This document shows, in pieces, positions 1 through 12,826 of a stretch of 64,000 bases of DNA. Under the pieces are notes generated by a model. The model worked only from the letters and a program-made list of their open reading frames with translations, was not told the DNA's origin and ran no database searches. Position 1 is the first letter of the stretch, and each line of letters starts with the position of its first letter. The position numbers and the translations under genes were made by a program. Origin of the DNA: Styela clava (taxonomy: Eukaryota); the NCBI RefSeq assembly GCF_964204865.1, contig NC_135251.1, positions 17,732,001 through 17,796,000 of the forward strand, read 5' to 3'.

Positions 1-861
1 TAAATTTAAGGACAAAATTCTTCCGCGTGCCGACCAAAATTAAAAACATACCGGTACCGGTACCTTTGCTACTTTCAAAGCAAACATACAAAATAATAAA
101 CCTTTTAAACATGTACAGACAGGTTCACTATTTGGGAAAATATCAGTCTGACAAATAGACTTGATTACTTTTTTTATTCAATATCAGTGAGACCTTTGCT
201 GCTGCATTAACGCTGATAGATATTTTATATTGGGTTTGTATTTTCTAACTTTAAAATAAATACACGGACTATCGGTACTGGTTTCATCTTACAGGTTACT
301 CCTATTACGAGACTTATGAAGTTCATAACTGAGAACAGAGATTAACAAGCATAATTATGTAGATGAAAATATGTAGAATTGTAGAGTAATGCAGTTGCAA
401 AGTTTTTAAGGCCCCGTAAATTTTCGGGAACGGCATCCCAATCATGCAAGCAATAGTTCGTTTTGTGCATTTCTCTCTTGTTACCTTCCCTAATCGCTTA
501 TATTTCTTTTGAAATCATTTTAGAACAGTAAGTTAGCAAGTGACTATAACCAACGTGGGCTGTTCCATTTTTAAATCAAGCAGAAATGACAAAAAATGGT
601 GGCACAGATGGTCTATATTATGTAAGAGTGTAGCCAAATGAATGCTGAGTGAATGCCAAATGAATTCTCGACCAAATTTCGCAAGAGCTCCATCATTTGT
701 TACGTCACAATTTATTCTTTGTAGCCATATGTCATGAAAGGACAAAAAGAGTTTAAATAAATACCGGATTGTTAACATTCGAAAATGAACAAACGAACAC
801 CTATTTTCATCAGATAATTCATAGTCTTAAAACTTTTTATCTAAAGGAGAATGATCTCGTT

Positions 862-940
862 TCCGAGGCCTCGCTCGCGTGCCGAATAAATGGGCTCGTG
901 TGCCAATCTTGGCACGCGTGCCAGGGGTTTCCCACCCCTG
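862..940. mobile_element. Right end of a hAT-type MITE; left end probably lies upstream of the window
   Basis: Ends in ...ggtttcccacccctg (reverse complement caggggtgggaaacc, like the other hAT TIRs here), with subterminal cgcgtgcc repeats; the same cgcgtgccga motif occurs near position 25. Confidence 0.5.
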
Positions 941-1063
941 GTCTATATCATCTATGGTCTGATGGTCTATATAGTCTATTATCGGAGCAACCAAGTTTTC
1001 ATGGAATAACGTTTATAACGGTATAAAGTGAGTAAAATAGTTTGGTTAACCAGTTGACCGCAG

Positions 1064-2172
1064 CCAGTCTGGATTTCATGGCCTTTTTGAATGAGAAATC
1101 GGGCGTGCAGTCAGAAATTCCCGCGTGCAAATAGGAATTCCTGGCATGCAATTATAGCTCACGGTGTGCAAAACAACTGCGCCCGTTTGCAACTGACTTC
1201 GACATTAGATACCTCTCAATACATCCGCGTAAACTTACCGGTATTGGATAAAAATACGTTGAATCATTGCAAAAATGGACATCTGACCTTTGACCCCCAA
1301 ACATTATTTCTACAGTTTGTCGCTAGTTTTGAGAGTGTTTGTGCGACTTTGGATACCGGTACTGCTCAGTACATCCGCGTAAAACTATTGGATAAAAAAT
1401 ACGTTGAATCAGAGCAAAATGGACATACTTTGTCAAAAATTTTGGGAGTGTATTTACGTAGAATTAATGGTTAAAAAATAGGTTAAAAAATTGACCAAGT
1501 TTGTCAAATTTGAAAATGAATTTCACTATGTTGTGTATTAATACCAATTGCTACCACTTCATTAAATGCAATTATTTTGACCTACAACCCCAAGGCCAAT
1601 CAGAGTTAGGTCAGCATTTTTTGATGTATCACTGTCGTCAAATTTAGTATTAAAAAACATTATAGGATGCAAAAGGATAAATATTATAATTATCAACTAT
1701 TAGAAATTTTTATATGTGTAAATATAATTAGATGGTTATCAGCCAGAGCCACTCGAATTTTCGTATAGAAATCCGCTGTACACAATGAATATGCTTGATC
1801 AGGAACTAAAAAGTTTTTAGAAATAAAAAATTCTGCTGAAACAGAGCTGTAACTGGCCAGCGTCGGTGAGGAGGCGATCTTTTCGCCTATAACTATTCTC
1901 ACGGGATTCCTATCATTCAACACGATATGGTCTTTTTTGGTTCGCATTTCTCGATCAGGCCTAATCTTGCAAGCTAGTATTAGTCGACAATTGTGGAGTT
2001 ATAATTTTTTGATATCTTCATATTACTGGATTATTGATTTAAAGACCATTTAAACCGATTTACATTTGTGAGCAATTGCAAATTTTCGGCGTGCAAAATG
2101 GAATTAGCTCGCGTGCATATTTGTGGAGCGCTAGCGCCCCCGGGCGTGCACCTGCCATGGAATCCAGTCTGG
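1064..2172. mobile_element. Non-autonomous hAT-type DNA transposon (1.1 kb)
   Basis: 18-bp TIR ccagtctggatttcatgg / ccatggaatccagtctgg (2 mismatches); perfect 8-bp TSD gaccgcag at 1056-1063 and 2173-2180; subterminal cgtgca repeats; internal ~85-bp direct repeat (about 1200-1283 vs 1345-1426). Confidence 0.85.
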
Positions 2173-2802
2173 GACCGCAGGATGAATGTGGACTGGGGTG
2201 ACTTCTGGTGCTCTGATGTGATAATGGTCGCATTCACCCTCATTCACTTATTGCTCATTTGCTCATTCACTCATTGCCACCCGTTTTTTAACCACTATCT
2301 TATTGCATTTACATCAAAATTAATTCTACATTTCTAACTGATAACGTAAAACACTTAAAGCGCTTTGCGCAGCTTTCTGCAAAATTGCAGATTAAAAAAG
2401 CCCTCATGACTCCAACTGTCAGCCTCTAGGTTGGTCGATACAAAAATACTCTGCTGAAATATGTTAGGTAGATCTGTAGATGCATCTGACTGTGATCTTG
2501 GGGTTATGTAGATTTTTCGTAAAAGTATTAATTGTCCTATAGAATTTAATTTATATTATGAAAAAACCTCTTACGCTAACAAAATTACTCATAGCTTGCG
2601 ATTTGGTATGTGGTACCGTATATTTTTTAATCCTTAAAGTCTACTGACTGCTGGACCGATTGATACTTTTCTAACTTCATATTTTCATGGTTTTAAAGCA
2701 ATGCTATTTTTGAAAATATCCTATAGGCACGATAATACTGTAATAATATATAAATAAAAATCTTGCATGGGCATAGACTAACGTACAACTTCTCCCGCAA
2801 TC

Positions 2803-3699
2803 ATGGATAATATAGACAAACTCTCTAGTGAGCTAATAGCCAAGGATGTACCAGCATTGGAGGATCTACTTAAAATGTTATCAACAGAAGCCCAATCAAT
2901 GACAGAATTCGTGGATACTTTGTTACAAAGACTTGATGAAAATGAGTTGCCAACTGAGGGAGGAGTATCATTACTAGATGTAAAATATCATTCATTATTG
3001 AGTTATATCATAGATCTCGTATTTGTCACAAAAATGAAGATTCAGGGAGAAAATATTGCAGACTGTCATGCGAAAAATCGCTTGGTTGAAAACAGGACTG
3101 TGCTTGAAAAGTTAAATCCATTAGAACACAAAATTAAATACCAAATTGACAAACTGCTTCAGCAATCGACCCAAAATTTATTGAATGATCCACTGTCATT
3201 GAAACCTAATATTGATAATTTAGAAAGCAAAATTGATAACGATGAAAGTGGTAATTCAGATGATGAACAAGAACCTAAGAAATATGTTCCTCCACGAATT
3301 GCAGCTTCACATTATGATGTAGAAGATGGAAAAAGCGAGCAAGAAGACCGTCGATCAAGAGAGCGTGCTCTCAAGCGGTCTTCCATCATCATGGATCTCG
3401 CACAAGAAACTTCAGATGCTCCTTTTGAAATATCAGAGTATTCAGCAGGGAGAAAGCGGGTTCAAAAAGAAAGAGCAGAAAGAACAACTTATGAAGAAGC
3501 AAATCTCATCAGGATTAATCTAACAAAGAAACAAAAGAACGCTGAAAGACAGCTAATGAGACGGTCAGAGCTTGACACAATCACAAAGTTTGGCGATATT
3601 GGTGTTCTTGAGGGACGTCAGATAAAAAATAATAACAATAAAAGGAAAAGTACTGGAAAATATAATGGATCAAAAAAATGGAAAAAATTTAGAAAGTAA
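2803..3699 (+). CDS. NGDN: Neuroguidin (Sas10/Utp3/Lcp5 family; SSU processome, eIF4E-binding), single-exon CDS
   Basis: 298-aa ORF with family motifs GVSLLDVKYHSLLSYI, RLVENRTVLEKLNPLEHKIKYQIDKLL, KYVPPRI and YEEANLIRI, plus a basic C-terminal tail. Confidence 0.93.
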   Translation: MDNIDKLSSELIAKDVPALEDLLKMLSTEAQSMTEFVDTLLQRLDENELPTEGGVSLLDVKYHSLLSYIIDLVFVTKMKIQGENIADCHAKNRLVENRTVLEKLNPLEHKIKYQIDKLLQQSTQNLLNDPLSLKPNIDNLESKIDNDESGNSDDEQEPKKYVPPRIAASHYDVEDGKSEQEDRRSRERALKRSSIIMDLAQETSDAPFEISEYSAGRKRVQKERAERTTYEEANLIRINLTKKQKNAERQLMRRSELDTITKFGDIGVLEGRQIKNNNNKRKSTGKYNGSKKWKKFRK

Positions 3700-4109
3700 A
3701 TTTAGGATTATGACAAAAATGAATTTAGATGATAATTCTTGGGTGGCATATTTTCCAATTTTAATAATACCAGCGAAAAAACTCAGATATACAGTGAGCG
3801 GTCTTTTTCATCATTATTTCTTACAGGGTTTCTGTCTTGTAGCATTCAATGTTCTGAATTTAATTTGAAAATAGGAAAAATCATATTCGAAACATTGCTT
3901 CATGATGTTGATTTGTCATTTCCAGGTTTTTAGTTATAGTCTTAGAGACTTAGAATTCATAGAAAGTTTGTTATTTGGAATTATCGTGCCAACCTTGTGT
4001 CTGTTAATAATCAATTGTTCAATAAAACTTAAATGAAGAATGCCCAGAAACCTGCACTGCAGATTTTTAAATTATGACCTAAACTTTTCAACTGATGTTT
4101 ATTTTAAAG

Positions 4110-4415
4110 CAGTGGTTCTCAAACTGTGAGGCACCCCACAAGGAGTGCATAGACAATTTTTTGAGGGGGCGTGAAGCTAAATAAAAATTAAAATATTTGT
4201 TAGATCTTGTCCACCTTATTTTGGGTATTTGATTTCTTCATTTTGGATATTTCCGTATGTTCACGTATTTTCAACATGTTTTTTGAATAAAACATATTTT
4301 CGCCTTACTATCTGTCAATTGTAACTTATTGTTACCGGTAGTTATTTTTGAGGTGGGGTGCGAGACTTGATGAATTCTAATAAGAGGACCAGCTTAAAAA
4401 GCTTGAGAACCACTG
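4110..4415. mobile_element. hAT/Charlie-type MITE (306 bp)
   Basis: TIR cagtggttctcaa / ttgagaaccactg; perfect 8-bp TSD ttttaaag at 4102-4109 and 4416-4423. Confidence 0.88.
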
Positions 4416-4654
4416 TTTTAAAGCATCATTGGAGAAATTCTTTTTGTTTAAATTGAATTCCACTTACAATATACAAATTTATTCGAATCTACTTTAGATT
4501 CAATTCCTGTCTTGTGTTTTTGACTCACCACTTCAATATCGATATTTCCACAATCATGAATGTTATCAAATTATTTTTTTTTTTCGTTTAGTGGTTTTGC
4601 TATTTCACTAATTAATTTGTAATGTATGTGAGTTTTTATCTAAAGTAACACCAA

Positions 4655-5251
4655 ATGCTTGGATTACGAACAACAGCACGGGCCTTGCGGTCATGGTGTA
4701 ACAGGACTTTAACGAATTCAAGTGCAATGAAATCAGATTCAAAAACAATGTACTTTAGCAAAAAACTATCTTTTTCGAATATTAATAAATCCTGCCGTTC
4801 TCAATCTAACTTAAACTTTTGTGGAACAAATGAAAGAGATTATTCATCAACTGCAACTCAAGAACATGAAGGAGGAAGAGAAGAATCATCTCCAGAAACT
4901 GTTCAAATCACATATATAGACCGTGAAGGTGAAACCCATGTCATTGATGGTAAAGTTGGTGACAATGTCATGTATTTAGCCCAGAGGCATGATTTGGAGG
5001 TTGAAGGGGCATGTGAGGCATCGCTGGCATGTTGCACATGCCATGTTTATGTCAAGGATAAGTATTATGATATGTTGGAAGAACCAACAGAGGAAGAAGA
5101 GGACATGTTAGACCTTGCACCATTTCTTCAGGAAAATTCTAGACTTTCATGCCAAATAATACTTTCTAAAGAAATAAATGGAATTGAAGTTCAATTGCCA
5201 TCAGCCACACGGAATTTTTATGTTGATGGTCATAAACCAAAGCCTCATTGA
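4655..5251 (+). CDS. FDX2: Mitochondrial [2Fe-2S] ferredoxin-2 (adrenodoxin-like), single-exon CDS
   Basis: Arg/Ser/Thr-rich N-terminal presequence; cluster ligands EGACEASLACCTCHV and SRLSCQ; FDX2-specific C-terminus TRNFYVDGHKPKPH. Confidence 0.95.
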   Translation: MLGLRTTARALRSWCNRTLTNSSAMKSDSKTMYFSKKLSFSNINKSCRSQSNLNFCGTNERDYSSTATQEHEGGREESSPETVQITYIDREGETHVIDGKVGDNVMYLAQRHDLEVEGACEASLACCTCHVYVKDKYYDMLEEPTEEEEDMLDLAPFLQENSRLSCQIILSKEINGIEVQLPSATRNFYVDGHKPKPH

Positions 5252-5448
5252 TATTGAATTATTTGAATACCATTAAACCGGAGTAGGAGTATATAAATTC
5301 AAGCATATATTTTAAAATTCTAGAAATCGCAAAAGTTCTCATAGCACATAATAATTCAAGTCACCATGAAATGAAAGTTGGCTATCTAAGAAGCATTTAA
5401 TCATGTTTCACTGTTTTATATTTTCAACGGACTGATCTTCATTACAAC

Positions 5449-5640
5449 GGGTCGCGATGGCCTAGCCCTAGTGGTTAAAGCATTGGACTTTAGCATAATC
5501 TAATCATAAAAGGTTGAAAATCACGGGTTCAAATGTCATACTTACTCACCCAGTGCATAATAAATTGAGTAGGAAATTAATGGCTTGTACAGAGCCTTGT
5601 TCGTGATGGAAGGATATATATAATGTTGAATAAAAAAAAA
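5449..5640 (+). mobile_element. Possible degenerate tRNA-derived SINE
   Basis: A-box-like tggcctag...tggttaaagc, B-box-like gggttcaaat, and an aataaa/poly-A tail at 5619-5640. Confidence 0.35.
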
Positions 5641-6615
5641 TATTAGATTGATCCATTTTAGTTAGTGCCTTTCTGTATTTATGGCCATATTAATGGCCTT
5701 CATTTGGTATATTATTTGCTATTGGGCGTAAAAATCGAGTTTGATGGTTTTGATGACTAACTAAGGGCTGGAGAATATAATCATGTTGGGTTTTTGAATT
5801 ATTTGGGTGGGTATTCAATACTGCGAGTAATTACCTTATTGGTGTAAAATCCACCCAATTATTTTTAATCATATTGTATATTGAATAATATGCATGATAA
5901 TTTTAAATGCATAATTGCCATTTTTGTGCTTAAATATAAAAAAAAAATTCTGAATGTGAAGTAATCATCTTGAAATCTCATATTGGAATAGTTTTATTCT
6001 ATCCCTTGATCGTCTACTTTATATCAACAATTTTGTTGGTCATTGGGCCTTATTTTACGATATATTGATCTAGGGATGGCTAAAAAAAATTCACCATGCT
6101 TATTGAGACATATTATAATATTGTTTTTGATTGTGGAATATATTTTAAATTGGGTCATAATCAACAGAAGTCAAAGTATTTAAATTTGGAGTTGTAGAAA
6201 GTTGAGAAGAACTGTGATTTAATTAGTACTCTATTTTTATAATTTTTGGAAATTGGGACTTTTCGATCATACTGGGATTCTGTGGAACACCAATTGCCTT
6301 ACCAAATGAACTATTCTGAATTGTTCCAATAAATCAAGAATTTTTTATATGGAATATACTGTAGTTGGTTTTCAAATCGATTGGAATATTCGATTCGCTT
6401 TGTGACATCCCTGCACTAAATTTATCCATTGTATTTATTCTCCCAAGAGTGAGTAAAAAATCCGGTTCAATGTACATATTCAGCTGAATGTACATGATTT
6501 TATTATATAAGATTTGCCATTTTTCGACTGCTGTGGATGCAATTGGTACAAAAGAAACATAAATCAAGTTGTTTGACCACCATTTGCCTAGAATCTCTAC
6601 TCGAAATCTGGACAC

Positions 6616-7271
6616 ATCGACACCTCAAAACCAAACAGTGCTAAGTCCACTTTTCCAAAAAATGACATTTTTCAATTGCTGATTTTCCTGGACTTAGCTC
6701 TACATTTTGGTCTATTTGCCTTATCTCTAGGTGCTCTAGATCTCAAGACAGCTATGGACATAACCCTGCTTTTTTTAGGGCATTTGAGAACTAAACAGAG
6801 CTGTGTCTACTATAGTGGACTTAGCTCTGGATAACTGCATTGTGAGTTGGGGCTAAGTCCGTTTTTTGGACATAGCTCCTCTCAAAAAATATAATACAAA
6901 GCGCTAAGTCCATTTTTTGGACATAGCTCCTCTCAAAAAATATAATACAAAGCGCTAAGTCCATACCAGCCTCTATAATAACATAATAAAGGGGCCCTAA
7001 GTCCAATAAAATTGTTTTTGGTCCAGAAAATTGAGAGTCAAAAAGGGTTAAGTCCAAAAAAAACCCCCCCAAAAAAAATTGGGGCGGAGCACAAATTTTT
7101 TTATACCATCTAAATATGGCCTTCATTGTAACTTTGGTGGACCATAAAAACTAGACATCCTCGATGTAAGGTATTAGAGAAATAAAAAAAAGAAACAAAA
7201 AAAAAACGTTTTTTGCGTTTTTCTCAAAACTAGAAAAATGGACTTAGCCCAATTTGGATTTCATGCGTCGA
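6616..7271. mobile_element. Non-autonomous TIR element with a repeated GCTAAGTCC motif and an internal 51-bp tandem repeat
   Basis: Imperfect ~38-bp inverted ends (tcgacacctcaaaaccaaacagtgctaagtccactttt vs reverse complement of aaaatggacttagcccaatttggatttcatgcgtcga); about 9 copies of (c)taagtcc/ggacttag; two near-identical 51-bp units at 6852-6962. Confidence 0.6.
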
Positions 7272-7588
7272 CATTAGGTGGGTTGTACCTTCTTGGCCAA
7301 TGATTTTCTTACAAATGCTGCTCATGACAGTTTTGCTGTGTTATTTTGATGACATTTGTTTGTAAATTCGAGGTAACAAAGTTCAAACTGATCGATATAC
7401 TCCCATACTTTCTGTTCTAGACAGGCCAGAGAGTATTTGATCTAACACAATAATTGTTCCTCATTAAATTGCTTATTTTCTGTGTTAACTTTTTACTTTC
7501 TGTTGTTTCCAAACCACAGTTTTAGTTGTAATAAAGTGCAATATATTTAAATAGGTTTTATCAATGATTTTATTCCTGATTTTACAAC

Positions 7589-10500
7589 ATGGATGAACTT
7601 GTTCAAGATCTAGTATCTGCTTTGGATGATTCATCATTATGGAAAGAAGAAATTGATGAACAAGGCGACATGTCGGCCGCAAGTTCTGCAATCGATCGGG
7701 AACTTTACAGGAAAAGAAGAACAAGGAAACGCAGAACTGCAAGCACAAGTTCACATCTTGTGTCAAGTATTCTCAACAACTTGGTCGTAGTTAATCAAAT
7801 TCACAGCCCTAGGAGTAGCTCAAGCCTGGATGAAGCGGTGAAAGACTATGTTGAAAGCTTTACTGCTAACTGTTCAGATGAATCAGATTCCTATACTAAT
7901 GTATGGAATACTAAGCTGAAAAATGTTGTTTTATCTAGTGGTTTGCAAGACAGAGTTCATCACAAACGTGTTTTCAAACAGGCGACACCATGTAACTGTG
8001 AATCAGATTCTCATACAGAAAATGGCATTACTATTCCGGTTTTGCGTAAGCATAGGAAAAAGAAATTGAAAAGAATGACTGTAGACAGTTCACTGCCAGG
8101 ATTACTTAGAAGTTCTCCTGGTTCTAATTCAGCTTCCTGTAATGATAATCACAAAAATAAACAGCTTAGTAAATCCATACCTCACCCATCTGGTGAGGAA
8201 ACCCACAAAATGTCATGTAAAACGACTAAGTTGAAAAAAGAACAGAAAACTGCAATTACATGCTTGGTTTGCTATCAAAAATCATGTGATAAATTATTTC
8301 ATAATCATACACAAGACAAGAATGGTTTGTGTCTTACAAACTCTGGTAATGACAAAGTGATGCAATGTGATAAAGCAAACTTGAAAGCAGATGAAGTAGT
8401 TTCATGCCAATGCGATTGTCATGCGAATCTAAACAAAGACGAAAGCAGTATCAGCAGCACAAGTAGTAATTCCGACACTGATTCTGCCAATTTTACACAA
8501 GATGATGTAGGTGTTGACGGAGATGATGAAATGACAGACTTTTATGCAGAAACAGATGGGGGTCCTGTTTGGGGTATACCGAACCTATGTGGCATGCGTT
8601 GCCCATCTTGGAGCTCAAAAGATGAATCAATGTGGGCTCATCAGGTTATACTACGACTTACTAATATTTTTTTATTTAGTATGTTATTTGTTGTCAATTG
8701 TGCAATGAGAAATCTTGATATCATATGCCCCAATTTTGTCACTGCAAACCCATCATTGTTACCGAGCATGGCTAACTTATGGTATAAAACATACTTTTGT
8801 CCATAAATATCATTTGGTAAATATTCGAATATTCTACCTGCTCGAAAATTTCTATAGGCAGCTAATAATGAAATGTTTGACCGAAATCATTCATATATTT
8901 ACAGGCAGAAGATGCTGGTATTCCTGGTGGTCCTTATGTATTTGATGAAAAAATTAAAAGATTTGTAACAGGGTCTATGCATATATCAGAATATTCTAGA
9001 AGAGGTAAGAAGTGATATATCTTGCATTGTGCAAAATTAATAAATACAAGGTTTTTTGATGACTAATTGGAAGAGATGACTAATCATACCTTGCTGCTGC
9101 AAATATGTTTATTTTTTATTTCCAGTTCTGCAATCAACTGATGTTATTTGCCATTTGATAAATGCAAAGGGGTCCTATGGATCATCTTGATCAATCATTA
9201 TTGGGACAAAAAATCAAATTTCTGTTGACGTACTGGACCATGAAAGTGTCTACTAGGTCTGGGGTTCTCAAATATTCTGGAGTTATGGGGCCCGTGAAGA
9301 AGTTGACTATTATTTACAGAGCCCCCACAATAAAATTATAAAAATGCTAATTATTTGTTGGAACTTATATAGATAATGTCATATTTGAATTACCGCCTTG
9401 TTGTTTTGGCGCTACCATTGGTAAATTTTATTAATGCTGTTATTGCTTCTTTAGACAGTTACAAAATTAGCAAAATCAGTATTGAAATATTTGAACTAAT
9501 AACTCGCGAGGCCACTAGAAATCTTTCATGGGGCCCTAGGGCTCCGTATGGAGCACTTTGAGAACCTATGTACTAGGTTATTAGCGCTTTTAAAATTGTT
9601 CGAATTTTTTCTGGATTTCTCAGTACTCTTTATGCTCTAACATTTTTTGTTGGTTTCCAAAAATGTTCCACTACTAACTTATATTATAGATCGGCAAATA
9701 TTGTGATGATACTGGTACAACTTCATGACCATATATTGGAGCATTACATTATAAACATGTTCTAATTGTAGGTTTTCATGCAAGAAATAATAGACTCCCT
9801 GGAATGGCTGCAAGATCAGTTCGTCGTGGACGAAGAAGAGCTAAAGTTAAGGTACCTGTGACCTTCAATTATAAGTAACTTCGGAATTATGAAATAAGAC
9901 TTAGCTAAGCTAGGTTTATTATAACAGATTTGTATAAATGATAATATAAAAGTCATATTTCAAGCAACTCATCTGAAAGACCGACTGGTTAACTATTTCT
10001 ATACTTTACATAGGCGGATCCCTAGACTAGAGATGTTGTTTGGCTTATGGTCATCATATCATCACAGTGAAATATTTTAATCACAGTGAATCATCTAATA
10101 TTGATTTGGAATCACCTCCAATTTTATATGTTTGCAATAAATCTTACAATTATTTTATTTTTATTTAGAAAGCAAAGGAGAAAAGAGATATGGAGTGAGT
10201 TTACTGATATGTAAATAGAAAGATGGTCTACTTAATTAGATATGAATAAATTTTATGTTAAGTTGCTAATGCATATGAAATTTGCAAATGTAAATCAGCA
10301 GTGACTATGTCTGTATTGTTCAAATACCGCCTTTTACATGCTGGAAATCAGTTCAAGTTAAAATATATTTGTAACAATTATATACCTTTAGAAGTAGATT
10401 GATGAAATTTTGTGGTAGTTGCAGAAAATGGTTGGGTCTTGTGTTGCGCATGAAACTATTCAATTATTGTGTAGTGTGAGCTTTTTGTACAAGTATAATT

Positions 10501-11597
10501 GTATAAATCTTGTTTCTGTCTAGGACTTTTCTTGTTCACTGAGTTTTCCAATTGCAACAGAGTGTATAAGAGTACACTATGTCAGTTATGCACTATTCAG
10601 TTAGGAATATGTTTTTCTTAATTCCATGTGATATAGCTTACTTTTCCCAATTCTTTGCCAGCACAGTAATGATTTAGAAACGTGATGTTGCAGAACCAAA
10701 AATATTAATATTCGAATTGTAACACTTTGAGTGATTGAAAATTATCTTTGGAACTCACATTGCTGTTCATGTTATGTTTAAAATAATGGACAGCAAGAAT
10801 TATAAGTTTTTTTAATGGGTTCCTCGCTGAGTACAGTTAATAGACGCTTCTTTCTTGAACTACTGGACGTTTGCTTTCAAATTTTCAGTGGTGAAGATTG
10901 TATTTTTTGCTATTACCTTTATATGCTCCTAAATTTTCTGTGAGATCTGATGTTTCATCTAAAATGCATTGTATAATTGTTCAATTATGGGAACACTTTT
11001 TATGAAATCATGATAGCTGTCTTCCACGTTTTTTGACATCGTGACGGCTGGTACACATAGTATACTGTGACAAATTGCTTTCCTGTGCTACGGCGTACTG
11101 GACTTTGTGTCCAACTGTCCATATATTTGAGCATCGTCATCTTGTATCTAATGTAATGTTTTGCCATTCAGTTTTCGTGCATCACTAAGCAAGTTGTCTC
11201 TGAGTGAGAGAAGTAAACGGATAAAACTGGATGAAATAAAAGAGACGTTTTACAGCCATCAAGGTAATCATAACTATCTCATTCAAACCATCGATAGAAG
11301 AGGCAATTGTTTTTCGGTGACTGTGCTGGCGTATCAGTAGAGCAGAAAAGTTGGTTTTTGTTGAATTTGTTTGAGCATTCCACTGTATGTAGCATTAAGA
11401 TTGCAAGTTTTAGTTTTCTTATGAATCCTGTGTCTTTAATATTAACAGATTGGTCATCAAACAAGTTCATGCCATCTGTACCAACACCACAAGGTACTTC
11501 CACAGAGAATATTGAAAATGGGATAAACATTGAAGGATCTGAAAGTCAAAACGTTGAAAAAGCTACTGGAAGTTCACACATGCTTAATGAACCATGA
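7589..11597 (+). CDS. GPATCH2L: GPATCH2-like protein, ~500 aa, no G-patch; exons 7589-8644, 8905-9004, 9772-9851, 10169-10194, 11172-11263, 11449-11597
   Basis: N-terminus MDELVQDLVSALD; motifs SSLDEAVKD, ESDSHTEN, GDDEMTDFY and the spliced SRRG|FHARNNRLPGMAARSVRRGRRR match GPATCH2/2L. All introns are GT-AG and the phases sum to 1503 nt in one open frame. The last three exons rest on splice signals and frame only. Confidence 0.82.
9259..9570. mobile_element. Intronic hAT-type MITE
   Basis: Ends ctggggttctcaaa / tttgagaacctatg; perfect 8-bp TSD tactaggt at 9251-9258 and 9571-9578. Confidence 0.8.
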
Positions 11598-12609
11598 TAA
11601 CATCTACACTCTACTTTCTGTAATGTGTTTTTATTCGGAAAATCAATCTAGGCATTACTTCACATTTTAGTATCTTATGATGGTCAAACTTGCTTAGGGT
11701 TTATTATTCATTTATATACATATAAACATGTTTATTGTATCGTTGTCAAAGTTTTTACGAAGTGACATATTTTTATACCTACACTTATTCCATATAAAGT
11801 TCATGTCTCATTTTACCTCCTACTTCCGATATTTATTGGCTGTCATCTTATGATGCCATTCAAGTTTTGGGTCTATGTCTAGTTTACTGTTTTACTTTCG
11901 GTGAATTGGATATTTCCAATCTATTTTATTCGGTGGGTGGAAAAGTTTATTGCTGTAATGTAAGTTGAATCCATTCCAAACACGCATAGAGTACATCAAA
12001 GTATTGTTGTTTAACCAGAAACTGAATCTTAGTATTTAGGATCATTCGTTCCATTATTTCGTGGTGCTTTTTCTAAAATTTGAAAGCCTTCCATTGGGTC
12101 AAACTATAACGATATTGATCAGCATCAATTTTTGTCAATTGTGAACAAAATTTCTTTGTATGGAAGATGGAACAATAAGTTTTTATCCAAATTTTTGATT
12201 CTGTTACAACCTGTGCTCTTCATACTGTGTTTTCGAAATGCTGCCACAATTATTGTAGTTCGATTAAAGCATTTGTGTGCATTCGTTTTAAAAGGGGCTT
12301 AGTCTTGAAGATTTTATGAGCCTAAAACAGTCTGAAAACTGCAGTTGTTTCCGTTTGTTTTACAGTCTTTGCCTTGATGCTTATTATATTTGGATTAGGC
12401 TTATTATATTTGGATTAGGTGAATACATATGAATAGACAGCATGAGAAAAACGGTTAGACATTATTGAAGACGCCGCCGAACAATACTAATCTGTAAAAC
12501 AAACCTCAAATATAGTTGATATCTGCATTTAATGCAATAGAAAGATGTTAAGACATCCGGAATGCAGGTGTACCATAGAATAGGAATAATTAGCGTGGCC
12601 GAGGGGAAT

Positions 12610-12826
12610 ATGCGGACCGCGGCATCAAGTCCGTGGGATTAGTTACCCAAATGTGTGTTTCCAGGTGGATGAACCAGCCTGTACTTGAACCACTACGAAA
12701 CGTCGAGAAGTCCGACAATACTCCCGCACATAATTATCAGCCACGGGATTCGCAAACCCACGTAGTGTAATCAGCGGTGCGATGGCAATCTTATGCCCAA
12801 CGCTTAGCACGATGCGCCACACCGCC
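12610..12826 (-). mobile_element. tRNA-derived SINE copy
   Basis: Minus strand begins ggcggtgtggcgcatcgtgctaagcg (A-box) followed by gggtttgcgaatccc (B-box-like); homologous to copies near 21640, 36795, 44249 and 60611. Confidence 0.72.

Noticed and set aside
1091-2337. Short ORFs (70-127 aa) upstream of NGDN
   Set aside because: They lie in or across a TIR/TSD-bounded MITE and show no protein features.
8645-8806. Hydrophobic C-terminal tail of the 405-aa ORF (apparent transmembrane segment)
   Set aside because: Intron read-through; homology continues in the exons at 8905 and 9772.
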